Below are positions 35,727 through 44,982 of a stretch of DNA of 44,982 bases, piece after piece. Made by a program: the position numbers and the translations under genes. How positions within the stretch are numbered: the stretch's first letter is position 1; the number at the start of each line of letters is the position of its first letter. Source of the DNA: an uncultured Gammaproteobacteria bacterium (lineage in GTDB: Bacteria; Patescibacteriota; Patescibacteriia; Magasanikbacterales; GWA2-37-8); the NCBI GenBank assembly GCA_964355175.1, contig CAYHBZ010000001.1:505400-550381 (forward strand), read 5' to 3'. The notes beneath the pieces were generated by a model. That model was not told the DNA's origin and did no database searches. It worked only from the letters and a program-made list of their open reading frames with translations.

Positions 35727-38063
35727 ATGGCGCGCTTGTATCGTCACTACCAAAAACGTCAAAGAGACGATGGACCAAAAATAAATCTCAATCCGGAAGT
35801 ATCTCAGGGACTTCTGGCGATTTTGTTATTTGTCGTGGCTGGACTATCTATATTGAGTTTCTTTAATATGGCTGGTGTGGCCGGTATTTTCATCGATTCC
35901 ACTCTTGCTCTCATATTTGGCAGTGTCCGCTATGTATTTCCGCTGATGCTTATCACGATTGCGGTTTTGCTTATCAAAGACTTGGAATATAACTATCGCC
36001 ATACCCATACTATCGGTGCGTTCTTATTCTTTCTAAGTTTCAACGGCCTTATCCATATCCAAAAGCCGCTTATTAATCTGATCAGCGAAGCCACTCAAGG
36101 CTACGCCGGCGGCCTATTTGGTTTGGCGCTTTCCTGGCCACTGCTAAAATATGTCGGCTATTGGGGAGGACTCATGATTCTTATTGGATTATTATTAATA
36201 TCAGTAATATTTTTATTCAATACTACTCTGGCCCAGATCGTAGAGATAAACAAAAAATTCTTTATGATGCTTGGTTGGGGCGGACAACAAATTGTCGCTT
36301 TTTTTGCTAGTTTTAAAAATGGCAAATCCGAGGAGCCGGTAAAATTCAGTATTAAAGGCGACTTTGCCTATGCCGAAGATGAAAATGAAGAAAATGCCGA
36401 CGAAGAAGAAAGAGTATTTAGCAAAAAAGTTATCGACGATGAAGACGAAGAATCAGAAGAAATTCCAGAGGAAGCTGAAAAACCAGAAATAGTAGAAAAA
36501 GAAGAAATTGTGATGGAAAAACCAGACTATTCCGATTTCAAATTACCGGCAGTTGATCTACTTTTCACCTCCAAATCCAAACCAACTTCCGGTGATATCA
36601 AAGGCAATGCTGAAACTATCAAAGATACTTTCCAAAATTTTGGCATCGAAGTAGATATGGGCGAAGTGCGCGTCGGTCCTACCGTGACCCAATATTCCAT
36701 GAAACCAGCCAAGGGTGTGAAGCTTACTCGCATCACTACTCTATCCAATGATTTGGCTTTGGCGCTGGCCGCTCACCCAATTCGTATCGAAGCACCAATC
36801 CCAGGCCAATCACTAGTAGGTATTGAAGTGCCAAATGAAAAAGTAGCCATGGTCACCCTCAAAGAATTATTAGAGAGCCAGGAATTCAAAGAACGCGGAC
36901 ACAATCTCATGATTGCTTTAGGCAAAGATGTGGCCGGTAAAGTCTGGTTTGCGGATTTACCAAAAATGCCGCACTTGCTCGTAGCGGGCGCCACTGGTTC
37001 AGGTAAAACTGTTTGTATCAATACTATTATTTTAAGTTTACTCTACCAAAACACTCCCGAAACTTTGCGCTTCATCATGGTAGATCCAAAACGCGTAGAA
37101 CTTACTCTTTATAATGGCATCCCTCATCTACTTACTCCGGTAATTACCGACCCAGCCAAAACTGTGAACGCTCTCAAATGGACCATCGGCGAGATGGAAA
37201 GACGCTTTGACACTTTAGCCAAAGCCGGTTGTCGCGATATTATTTCTTATAACAAAACCGCTGAAGAAAAATTTCCTTATATCGTATTTATAATCGATGA
37301 GTTGGCCGATCTGATGGCTACGGCCGCCAGCGAAGTTGAAGCTGGTATTATCCGCGTAGCCCAAATGGCTCGTGCCGTTGGTATTCATCTGATTGTGGCC
37401 ACCCAGCGTCCAAGTGTAGAAGTTATTACCGGTTTGATGAAAGCCAACATCCCGGCTCGCATCGCTTTCTCCGTAGCTTCCCTAATTGATTCCCGTACTA
37501 TTTTGGATTGCTCTGGTGCCGAAAAATTACTCGGTCGCGGTGATATGCTTTACCTCACTGCCGATCTTTCGAAACCAAAACGTGTCCAAGGCGCGTTTGT
37601 CTCCGAAGAAGAAATGAAACGCGTAGTAAAATCAATCAAGGGAGATAATTTGCCAACTTACGACGAATCCATTGTTTCCAAAAATGGCAACACTGGAACA
37701 GGCGGTACCGTGAACTTATTTGGTGGTGCTTCCGATGACCAAGATTCACTCTTTGATGAAGCCAAACGCACTGTAATCGAATCCGGCAAAGCTTCGGCCT
37801 CATTACTCCAACGTCGTCTCAGAGTGGGCTACGCTCGCGCCGCCAGATTGCTTGACGAACTAGAGGAAGCTGGTATAGTAGGTGCAGCGGATGGCGCCAA
37901 ACCACGCGAAGTTTTCACTGAACATTTAGCGGCGAAACCAGGCCTTCATCGCCCTCAATTCGATGAAGAAATACCGGAAGACGAACAAACTCTAGACACC
38001 GGCGGCACTGTCTTTGACAGTCCAAAAGAAACTAAACCTTCTGATGAAGAAACTGCAGTATAA
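35727..38063 (+). CDS. ftsK: DNA translocase FtsK/SpoIIIE
   Basis: N-terminal TM helices, an acidic linker, Walker A GATGSGKT, IDELADL, ATQRPS, and a C-terminal gamma (winged-helix) domain LLQRRLRVGYARAARLLDELE. Confidence 0.93.
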   Translation: MARLYRHYQKRQRDDGPKINLNPEVSQGLLAILLFVVAGLSILSFFNMAGVAGIFIDSTLALIFGSVRYVFPLMLITIAVLLIKDLEYNYRHTHTIGAFLFFLSFNGLIHIQKPLINLISEATQGYAGGLFGLALSWPLLKYVGYWGGLMILIGLLLISVIFLFNTTLAQIVEINKKFFMMLGWGGQQIVAFFASFKNGKSEEPVKFSIKGDFAYAEDENEENADEEERVFSKKVIDDEDEESEEIPEEAEKPEIVEKEEIVMEKPDYSDFKLPAVDLLFTSKSKPTSGDIKGNAETIKDTFQNFGIEVDMGEVRVGPTVTQYSMKPAKGVKLTRITTLSNDLALALAAHPIRIEAPIPGQSLVGIEVPNEKVAMVTLKELLESQEFKERGHNLMIALGKDVAGKVWFADLPKMPHLLVAGATGSGKTVCINTIILSLLYQNTPETLRFIMVDPKRVELTLYNGIPHLLTPVITDPAKTVNALKWTIGEMERRFDTLAKAGCRDIISYNKTAEEKFPYIVFIIDELADLMATAASEVEAGIIRVAQMARAVGIHLIVATQRPSVEVITGLMKANIPARIAFSVASLIDSRTILDCSGAEKLLGRGDMLYLTADLSKPKRVQGAFVSEEEMKRVVKSIKGDNLPTYDESIVSKNGNTGTGGTVNLFGGASDDQDSLFDEAKRTVIESGKASASLLQRRLRVGYARAARLLDELEEAGIVGAADGAKPREVFTEHLAAKPGLHRPQFDEEIPEDEQTLDTGGTVFDSPKETKPSDEETAV

Positions 38064-38072
38064 AAATTAATT

Positions 38073-38780
38073 ATGTCGGTTTTTTGTTATAAAAACTTAG
38101 ATACAGCCAGACATTTGGGAGCCGAGTTGAAAGAAGCGCGCGAAAAAAAACAATTTTCATTAAACGAAGTCGAGCGACTCTCTTTTATTCCTACTAAATA
38201 TTTACAGGCTCTCGAAGCCGGTGATTTTTTATTATTGCCAAAAGGCGGAGCTCACCTCAAAGCTTACTTGCGTAAATTATGCGAGCTGTATGATCTGAAT
38301 TTTGAAAATATTATTTACAAATTTCATTGCGAAGACGGTTTCAAAAAAACCGCTCACTACCAATCAAAAAACAGTTCTTCCCATTTGCATCATAATTTTT
38401 TATGGGCACGAAATTTATCTTTGGCCGGTTTCGTATTATTTTTTATTGGTTATTTAGGATTCCAAATTTACGGCATTACCACTCCTCCCAAATTAGTAAT
38501 TTTTACTCCAATTGAAGGACAAATTTCCGCGCGCACGGAAATTTCCGTACAAGGTGCCACCGACAAAGAATGTCATCTAGAAGCCAACGGCCAAGAAATA
38601 AAAGTAGATGAAAATGGTCAATTTAATACCACAATTTTGTTGGCCGACGGTGTGAATACTTTGACCTTGTCGACCACCAAAAAACATGGTAAAACTACTA
38701 CACTAGTTCGTCATATTGTAGTCAATGACCGAGCTGCCAAAAAAGTAACCGTTAAGAACTTGGGAGATAAAGCTTTTTAA
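38073..38780 (+). CDS. RodZ-like HTH (Xre-type) membrane protein
   Basis: LGAELKEAREKKQFSLNEVERLSFIPTKYLQALEAGDF, then one TM segment and an extracellular C-terminal domain. Confidence 0.65.
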   Translation: MSVFCYKNLDTARHLGAELKEAREKKQFSLNEVERLSFIPTKYLQALEAGDFLLLPKGGAHLKAYLRKLCELYDLNFENIIYKFHCEDGFKKTAHYQSKNSSSHLHHNFLWARNLSLAGFVLFFIGYLGFQIYGITTPPKLVIFTPIEGQISARTEISVQGATDKECHLEANGQEIKVDENGQFNTTILLADGVNTLTLSTTKKHGKTTTLVRHIVVNDRAAKKVTVKNLGDKAF

Positions 38781-38811
38781 GCTTTAGGTCTTAATTCCTT
38801 AATTTTAATTT

Positions 38812-39885
38812 ATGGCAAAATCCACGAATGAAGAAGTGAAGCAAAAGCTCAAAGCCGCTGAAAGTGCGATCGAACAAATCAAAAGCAAATTTGGTGAAGG
38901 TGCTATCATGACCTTTGGGGAGTCCAAAACCATGCAGGTAGATGCGGTTTCAACCGGTTGTTTGTCAGTAGATATCGCTCTGGGTGTAGGCGGCGTACCT
39001 CGTGGTCGTGTAATTGAAATTTATGGACCAGAAAGCTCCGGTAAAACCACCTTGGCTCAGCATATAGTAGCGGAAGTCCAAAAATTAGGTGGCATTGCCG
39101 CTTTCGTAGATGCCGAACACGCCCTTGACCCAGACTATGCCAAAAAAATCGGTGTAAATATAAACGAACTCCTCATCTCCCAGCCAGACACCGGTGAACA
39201 GGCCCTAGACATCGTAGAAACTCTGGTACGCTCCAATGCCATAGATGTAATAGTAATTGACTCTGTGGCCGCCCTAGTGCCAAAAGCAGAAATCGAGGGC
39301 GACATGGGAGACTCTCACATGGGTTTGCACGCTCGCCTGATGAGTCAGGCCCTACGCAAATTGACCGCTATTATTTCCAAGTCCAAAACCGTCGTGATCT
39401 TCATCAACCAGACTCGTATGAAGATTGGCATCGTATTTGGTAATCCAGAAACCACTACTGGTGGTATGGCACTGAAATTTTACTCCTCCGTGCGTATCGA
39501 AGTTCGCCGCGCCGCTCAAATCAAACAAGGAGATAAAATTATTGGCAACCGTGTAAAAGTAAAAATAGTAAAAAATAAAGTCGCCGCACCGTTTCGCACT
39601 TGTGAATTTGATATCATGTATAATGAAGGTATTTCATTGTCCGGCGATACCCTAGATGCCGGTGTACTCTACAAAGTAATTGAAAAACGTGGTGTTACTT
39701 ACAGCTTTGGTGAAGAAAAATTGGGTGTTGGCCGCGAAGCCGCCAAACGCTACCTCAAAGAAAATCCAAAACTACTCAAAGCCATCGGCAAAGTAGTAAT
39801 GGACGCTGTAGCCAAAGGTGAACTGCCAGTAGATGAGGAAGAAGCCAGCGCTGGTGCTGAAGTGCCTCCACCAACAGAAGAATAA
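38812..39885 (+). CDS. recA: Recombinase RecA
   Basis: [23 protein letters not shown] and [10 protein letters not shown]. Confidence 0.97.
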   Translation: MAKSTNEEVKQKLKAAESAIEQIKSKFGEGAIMTFGESKTMQVDAVSTGCLSVDIALGVGGVPRGRVIEIYGPESSGKTTLAQHIVAEVQKLGGIAAFVDAEHALDPDYAKKIGVNINELLISQPDTGEQALDIVETLVRSNAIDVIVIDSVAALVPKAEIEGDMGDSHMGLHARLMSQALRKLTAIISKSKTVVIFINQTRMKIGIVFGNPETTTGGMALKFYSSVRIEVRRAAQIKQGDKIIGNRVKVKIVKNKVAAPFRTCEFDIMYNEGISLSGDTLDAGVLYKVIEKRGVTYSFGEEKLGVGREAAKRYLKENPKLLKAIGKVVMDAVAKGELPVDEEEASAGAEVPPPTEE

Positions 39886-39889
39886 TTCC

Positions 39890-39955
39890 TGTCATTCCCG
39901 TGTAAACGGGAATCCTCATTATCTTAATCAGATTCCCGTTTACACGGGAATGACA
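39890..39955. repeat. Perfect 25-bp inverted repeat of the GTCATTCCCG...CGGGAATGAC family; likely recA/sod insulating terminator
   Basis: tgtcattcccgtgtaaacgggaatc (39890-39914) and gattcccgtttacacgggaatgaca (39931-39955). Each arm is itself a small hairpin. Confidence 0.8.
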
Positions 39956-39962
39956 AAAAAAT

Positions 39963-40541
39963 ATGTTTACCCTTCCAAAATTGAATTACGACTACGACGC
40001 TCTCGAACCATATGTGGATGCCAAGACAATGGAAATCCATTATAGCAAGCACCACCAGACCTATATCGACAATCTCAATAACGTTTTGACCAAATATCCA
40101 GCTCTTCAAGCTCTATCTGGTGAAGAAATTGTTAAGAATTTAAACACTTTGGAAGTGTCCGAAGAAGACCGTAAAAAAATTCGCAACCACGGTGGTGGCT
40201 TTATAAATCATTCACTTTTTTGGGAAATGATGGCACCAAAAAAAGAAGTCAATGAAAAATTGTCTGCTGATATTCAAACCACTTTTGGATCACTAGAAGA
40301 ATTTAAAAAACTTTTCACCACTGCCGCCACTTCCCAATTTGGTAGCGGCTGGGCTTGGCTTGTCACTGATCAAAATAATCAACTAAAGGTATACGGTACC
40401 GCCAATCAGGATTCCCCGCTCACTCTAGGCCACACTCCGCTCATCGCGCTAGATGTCTGGGAACACGCTTACTACCTCAAATACCAAAACCGTCGCGGTG
40501 ACTATATCGAGAACTGGTGGAATGTCTTGAAATTAATCTAA
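39963..40541 (+). CDS. Fe/Mn-family superoxide dismutase
   Basis: FTLPKLNYDYDALEPYVDAKTMEIHYSKHHQTY and DVWEHAYY. Confidence 0.93.
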   Translation: MFTLPKLNYDYDALEPYVDAKTMEIHYSKHHQTYIDNLNNVLTKYPALQALSGEEIVKNLNTLEVSEEDRKKIRNHGGGFINHSLFWEMMAPKKEVNEKLSADIQTTFGSLEEFKKLFTTAATSQFGSGWAWLVTDQNNQLKVYGTANQDSPLTLGHTPLIALDVWEHAYYLKYQNRRGDYIENWWNVLKLI

Positions 40542-40554
40542 AATTAGCAAAAAA

Positions 40555-40598
40555 TCAAGAAAACCGCTCTATCCAGGGTGGTTTTCTTGATTTTTTTC
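40555..40598 (+). terminator. Intrinsic terminator after the SOD gene
   Basis: tcaagaaaacc...ggttttcttga stem followed by T7. Confidence 0.75.
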
Positions 40599-40613
40599 TG
40601 ATTGTATTATAGA

Positions 40614-41318
40614 ATGTTAAAATCAAATATGATTGAAAATCAACTACAACATATCGCTTTTATCATGGACGGCAACCGCACCTGGGCGGCCGCTCGCGGC
40701 TTACCAAAGCTGGTCGGACACAATGAAGCGGCCAAGTCTTTGAAGAAGATAATCACTGCCTGCCACGAACGCCAGATTCCTTTTGCGACCTTTTGGGCCT
40801 TGTCTACCGACAATCTCAAACAACGCAGTCAGGATGAATTAAACAATCTCTTTGCATTGTTTGAGCAAATAGTAGACGAAATTCAGGAATTGAAAGAGAA
40901 AAAAATTAAAATTAATATTCTAGGCGACGTCACCAAACTTCCAGAACGCACCGGCAAAAAATTATTACTAGCTCAAGAACAAACCCAAAATAATGTTGGT
41001 CTAGTCGTAAACCTAGCCATAAATTATGGCGGACGCGACGAATTGACACGCGCTATTCAAAAAATAATAAACAAAAATTATAAACCGGAAGAAATCAACG
41101 AACAATTGGTAGAAAAATTTCTTGATACTGCCGGCATACCGGAGCCAGAGCTCATAGTCCGTAGCGGTGGCCACTTCCGCCTTTCCGGATTCCTCGCCTG
41201 GCAAGGAATTTATTCCGAACTATATTTCACTCCGGTGAAATGGCCAGATTTCACTCCGGAAGAACTGGACAAGGCCATTGCCTGGTATCGACAACAAGAA
41301 CGCAAACGCGGCAAATAA
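40614..41318 (+). CDS. uppS: Undecaprenyl-diphosphate synthase (cis-prenyltransferase)
   Basis: HIAFIMDGNRTWA, FWALSTDN and IRSGG-like VRSGGHFRLSGFLAWQ. I prefer the ATG at 40614 (or 40629) to the TTG at 40602, which sits right after the terminator T-run. Confidence 0.9.
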   Translation: MLKSNMIENQLQHIAFIMDGNRTWAAARGLPKLVGHNEAAKSLKKIITACHERQIPFATFWALSTDNLKQRSQDELNNLFALFEQIVDEIQELKEKKIKINILGDVTKLPERTGKKLLLAQEQTQNNVGLVVNLAINYGGRDELTRAIQKIINKNYKPEEINEQLVEKFLDTAGIPEPELIVRSGGHFRLSGFLAWQGIYSELYFTPVKWPDFTPEELDKAIAWYRQQERKRGK

Positions 41319-41348
41319 AAAAATCCCGACTTGATCGGGATTTTTTAA
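41317..41348. terminator. Bidirectional terminator (aaaaaatcccgac...tcgggatttttt)
   Basis: Hairpin between convergent uppS and the DHH gene. Confidence 0.7.
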
Positions 41349-41368
41349 TATTTATTTTATAATTACCA

Positions 41369-42295
41369 CTAACTATTTAAATATTCTTTAATTAATGGAT
41401 ATATCTGTTTTCTAAGCATTATACTATTATTACAAGCTACTCCATTTTCAAATTTAACTACTAACACTTTTGATACCAATTCTTCAGTATTTATATCCAC
41501 AGTCACAAACTTATTTTTACCATTGGCCAAATCCACAAAATTTAAAAATATATAATCCAGCTGTTGTTCATTTTTTAATTCTTGTAAAACCTGCTTAATA
41601 TCCACTAAATTACTGTTAACATAATCGTTAGTGTCCAAAATTTCAAGCTGAGCAATACTTACTTTTTTACCACCGAGGTCAAAAGTTTTGAAATCGGACA
41701 TTAATATATCTTTAAATGGTTGCTCTAGATTTGATTTATAGGCAAACATCTCATAGACAAAATTTTCTGGAATCTCTACTTGATCTTTCAGCCACTGCGC
41801 CATTTTGATATCCCTATCGGTCGTTACACTACCTTTAAAATTCATTGTATTAGAAGCAATTGCTCCATAGAGAAGAACCGCCGACGCTTTTGAAATTTCT
41901 ACTCCTTTATTAAAAAATTTTTCCGCTATTAAAGTTGCGCAAGCACCCACTAATTCAAGCTGAATTTTAGCATTAATAAATCCAGCGGTATCATTGAACT
42001 GACGATGATCGATGACCTCTACCACCTGCTGGGGTATTATTCCGTTGGGCAACGATTCTACATCACTAGCATCCAAAAAAATCACTTGTACATCGATTGG
42101 CACCTTTTCTTCCATCACCAAATCAATAGAAATAGCAAACTTATCCAATACAAATCTTGCTTCTTTATGTGGTTCCCCGGCAATTTTTGCTGTCGCAAAC
42201 ACTCTCTGTTTACCTAAAAATTCTGCATAAGCCACAGCACAAGCTACGCCATCTAGATCCGCATTTTTATAAGAAGTTACAATAATATTTTTCAC
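41369..42295 (-). CDS. DHH/DHHA2 phosphoesterase, family II inorganic pyrophosphatase-like with substituted metal ligands
   Basis: At 308 aa it is collinear with family II PPases: D13, D15, D75 and H97 are present, but Y9, R98 and N149 sit where H9, H98 and D149 are expected. Confidence 0.7.
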   Translation of the reverse strand: MKNIIVTSYKNADLDGVACAVAYAEFLGKQRVFATAKIAGEPHKEARFVLDKFAISIDLVMEEKVPIDVQVIFLDASDVESLPNGIIPQQVVEVIDHRQFNDTAGFINAKIQLELVGACATLIAEKFFNKGVEISKASAVLLYGAIASNTMNFKGSVTTDRDIKMAQWLKDQVEIPENFVYEMFAYKSNLEQPFKDILMSDFKTFDLGGKKVSIAQLEILDTNDYVNSNLVDIKQVLQELKNEQQLDYIFLNFVDLANGKNKFVTVDINTEELVSKVLVVKFENGVACNNSIMLRKQIYPLIKEYLNS

Positions 42296-42300
42296 ACTTT

Positions 42301-42537
42301 TTATTTTTCCAATTTATCCTCCAATAACTGGATAGTCGCTTTAGCAATACCTTCACATTTGGCGATCAACACATAATCCACCTCTGTCGCAGCCACTACC
42401 TCTTTGTTAAATGTCTTTATTCTTTCCTGCCAAAAAATACTCGTTTGGTCGTCCAATAGATTAGCGGCCAATTGCATATCACCCAAGATAGCCGTAAACC
42501 AACCTTTTCTGAATTTATTTTTCTTCAGGTGTTGCAA
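42301..42537 (-). CDS. Small hypothetical protein (TTG start)
   Basis: 78-aa ORF ending 5 nt before the DHH gene start. No motif. Confidence 0.35.
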   Translation of the reverse strand: MQHLKKNKFRKGWFTAILGDMQLAANLLDDQTSIFWQERIKTFNKEVVAATEVDYVLIAKCEGIAKATIQLLEDKLEK

Positions 42538-42677
42538 CAGCTGTCTCCCTTCATTAGAATTAATACAGAAGCAATTGTAGCGCTACTCTGACCTTTTGTC
42601 CAGAAGAAATTATAGACAAAAAAATGCTTTTGAACTAAGATACCCTACAGAATACTTATTTACTTTGACATTTCGAT

Positions 42678-43265
42678 ATGAGAAATAAATTATTGTTAAT
42701 TGCTTTCTTGCTCTGCTTTGCCTTTGCTTTATTCATAGGCTATAAAATAGGCAAACCCACACCGCCTAGCGAGCAAGTAAATTCCCAATCTATTGTACAG
42801 GCTCTCAAACACGAAGGGTTTTTAGTGACAGAAACATACATCATCACCCAACAAATTAAAATCGATCGCTCCACCGGCAGTGCTTTCAAGGATTTCTTCT
42901 GGGGACAAGATATTACCGCTATTGGCACTATGAAAACAAGTCTGGGAGTGGATTTGAGCAAACTATCTCCCGAGGATATCAGTATGGACGCTCAAACCAT
43001 TACTTTATTTGTGCCAGCACTCGAGGATCACGGGGTAGAGCTTATAGGTGATATTACTCTTCAGAATAACCAAGGAATCTTTAAAAAAATTTTTAATAAC
43101 GACGACGGTTATAATGCTGCTTATACCAAATTAAAAGAATCTGCTTTGACAGCAGCCAAAAGCGATGTGGTGAAAAAAGAAGCGGAAGAAAATACTAAAA
43201 AAGAAATTGCTCGACTGGTGCGATTAATAGCTGGCGACCGAAAGATTGAAATTATTTACAGATAA
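42678..43265 (+). CDS. DUF4230-like membrane-anchored protein
   Basis: N-terminal TM segment, then EGFLVTETYIITQQIKIDRS...GVDLSKL, the pattern typical of DUF4230. Confidence 0.6.
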   Translation: MRNKLLLIAFLLCFAFALFIGYKIGKPTPPSEQVNSQSIVQALKHEGFLVTETYIITQQIKIDRSTGSAFKDFFWGQDITAIGTMKTSLGVDLSKLSPEDISMDAQTITLFVPALEDHGVELIGDITLQNNQGIFKKIFNNDDGYNAAYTKLKESALTAAKSDVVKKEAEENTKKEIARLVRLIAGDRKIEIIYR

Positions 43266-43290
43266 GCACAGATAGAAAAATAACTAAAAC

Positions 43291-43328
43291 AAAAAAATCC
43301 CGTCTATTTTACAACGGGATTTTTTTAA
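43291..43328. terminator. Bidirectional terminator (aaaaaaatcccgt...acgggattttttt)
   Basis: Hairpin between convergent genes. Confidence 0.7.
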
Positions 43329-43334
43329 TTAACT

Positions 43335-44735
43335 TTATTTTTTTATAAATTTATTAAGCGTAGATGGAATTTCGACACCTTGTATTTTTTGTCCTCCAGA
43401 TTTTAAAGGTGAATCATCATCTTCTCCGGTAAGTTCATCTCCACGATTTTCGAATTCTTGTTTAAAATTTTCTAGTTCTTGAAGAACATCCATTATCGCA
43501 TCTTCATCGATTGGAGTAGTTTTGAGCAACTCCTTAATCTCTTGTCCCTTTTCAACCATCTGAGATTGGATATCCTCAAGTCCACTTGTGTCTAATTTCT
43601 TCTTCTTTAATTGAGCAATCTCGTTTTTAACCTGTTTTAATCCTTTATTAAATTCACTGGTAAATCTTCCTAAATTGCTCATCATTGAAATTACACGCTG
43701 TTGTTCCCATACATCTTCCATTTGACCAAAGAAATCATTTTCTAATACTTCAAAGGCTTCTTCGGCATCTCCTGCTGCAATCTTACTTGCTGCATCATCA
43801 CGAACAGCTTTTAATTTATCAACAGCCTCTGTAAAAGATTGATAAACCGAAGTTAAATCAATATCTTTTGTGCGTAATTTATCAACTGTTGTTTTTGAGC
43901 GGGTCAATTCACGTTTTACTCGTGTTAATTCACGGTCAACCTGCTTGATCATTTGTGGCCATCGTGAAAGCATCTCCATTTGTTGCCTATATTCATCTAA
44001 ACTTTGCATTAATTCCGGTAAATCCTGCATTAAATTTTGCGCAGTCTCTGGGTCAGTAGCATTATTTAAATTTGCAATACCTTCTCTTATTTTAGAAAGG
44101 TTCTCTTCAAGTCCGTTTGGTGGAGCAATTTTTTGTTTTTTTAATTTTGCAACCTGTTTTTCAAACATTGAAAGGTTACGCCCCATATCTTTAGCTCCTC
44201 TTTTCATGTCTTTTAATTGTCGCTCATTATCTGCCAGTGAACGTCTATCATCTTCCATGGACCTCATATTATTATCTAATTGGTCCACGTTTATTTTTTT
44301 AAAGTCTTTAGGGCTGTTAGCTGATTTGCTTTGGTCTATTATCTCACGAGTCTGATCCATTTTCCCTTGCAAATCCTTTGGAACCGGCATCCCACGGGAT
44401 TCTAAATTTTTCGACATTGAATCCAGCTCATTTATGTTACGCTCCATTCTTTGAGCGTCATTTCGAACTTGCTCTATCTGATTTTGCACTGGTGCAGTAG
44501 GTACATTTGATGGTTCAGGTGCTGGTTTTGGTGTGATAACATTTTCAGAAGGTGGCTGAGGCGAAATTACACCTGTAGAATCTTCGGCCGAAACGCCGTT
44601 GGATTGAAATGATTTAACTATTGTTTTGAATAGCTGTGGAACTTCTAGATAAAAAGCTTTTGCAGGTGATGGAATACCAAAAAACATTCCTAACAAAAAA
44701 ATACCCAATAAATACCTCACTTTGTATTTGTCCAT
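43335..44735 (-). CDS. Secreted/anchored coiled-coil protein, hypothetical
   Basis: Signal-like N-terminus, a Pro-rich spacer, then about 350 aa of heptad-like charged sequence. Confidence 0.6.
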   Translation of the reverse strand: MDKYKVRYLLGIFLLGMFFGIPSPAKAFYLEVPQLFKTIVKSFQSNGVSAEDSTGVISPQPPSENVITPKPAPEPSNVPTAPVQNQIEQVRNDAQRMERNINELDSMSKNLESRGMPVPKDLQGKMDQTREIIDQSKSANSPKDFKKINVDQLDNNMRSMEDDRRSLADNERQLKDMKRGAKDMGRNLSMFEKQVAKLKKQKIAPPNGLEENLSKIREGIANLNNATDPETAQNLMQDLPELMQSLDEYRQQMEMLSRWPQMIKQVDRELTRVKRELTRSKTTVDKLRTKDIDLTSVYQSFTEAVDKLKAVRDDAASKIAAGDAEEAFEVLENDFFGQMEDVWEQQRVISMMSNLGRFTSEFNKGLKQVKNEIAQLKKKKLDTSGLEDIQSQMVEKGQEIKELLKTTPIDEDAIMDVLQELENFKQEFENRGDELTGEDDDSPLKSGGQKIQGVEIPSTLNKFIKK

Positions 44736-44929
44736 ATTTACATAAATTATTTAAATAACTAATTTATTATAGCACATTTACAATTAGATAGGTACTTGAA
44801 AAAACGTAATATGCCGGAAATATACTTTGGAACCTCACTATCAAAAACAAAAATTTGGCTAACTTAAAACTAAAAGACCCCTACCAAGATATGGCGGAGG
44901 TCTCCAAAAACTGTTCTTTTGCCGAATTG

Positions 44930-44982
44930 TCGGGGTGACAGGACTTGAACCTGCAACCTCCTGGTCCCAAACCAGGCGCTCT
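44930..44982 (-). tRNA. tRNA-Pro (anticodon UGG), 3' portion only (5' end beyond the window)
   Basis: The reverse complement reads ...CCTGG-TTTGGGA-CCAGG...GCAGG-TTCAAGT-CCTGT-CACCCCG-A. Confidence 0.8.

Noticed and set aside
39833-40109. ORFs 39833-40045 (+) and 39924-40109 (-)
   Set aside because: They are translations of the GTCATTCCCG hairpin repeat and the out-of-frame or antisense SOD start. Such repeat-derived peptides (VNGNP..., SFPCKRESD) are artefacts.
43890-43940. Short direct duplication (tcaattcacg / ttaattcacgg) inside the coiled-coil gene
   Set aside because: It corresponds to the repeated peptide RELTRVKRELTR within a coiled-coil protein. This is ordinary low-complexity coding sequence.

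Overview
This is a low-GC (about 35-40% by eye), gene-dense bacterial window. Its content looks like a reduced-genome, Patescibacteria/CPR-like organism; that assignment is inference only. The standard genetic code fits, and all long ORFs are intact. From left to right the window holds: (1) a HAD hydrolase, a TrmB regulator, a purine PRTase, class I FBP aldolase, FBPase and transaldolase. (2) A 23S-5S rRNA operon on the minus strand with no 16S gene. The 23S is interrupted by a 283-nt ORF-less group I intron at the E. coli U1931 site, and its L1 stalk appears shortened. (3) A compact polyamine pathway cluster: SpeA-like decarboxylase, agmatinase, aspartate kinase, ASA dehydrogenase, carboxy(nor)spermidine dehydrogenase and decarboxylase. 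(4) rpsO, an NYN-domain gene, and pnp. (5) A minus-strand surface-appendage block of about 11 kb: three type IV prepilin-like genes, galU, an orphan lipoprotein SBP, and eight tandem paralogs of a small two-TM VirB2/TrbC-like pilin. A ninth pilin copy lies nearby. (6) ftsK, a rodZ-like gene, recA, Fe/Mn SOD, uppS, and a divergent DHH/DHHA2 protein. tRNA-Leu, tRNA-Arg, tRNA-His and a partial tRNA-Pro are also present. The least explained signals are two sharply GC-rich islands in AT-rich context. One (about 12870-13825) carries a 260-aa orphan gene in the middle of the polyamine cluster. The other (about 9560-9985) lies beside tRNA-Leu. Also unexplained are the diversifying pilin array with shuffled Cys-rich modules and two long imperfect palindromes that share a conserved core. 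I found no CRISPR array, transposase or integrase.
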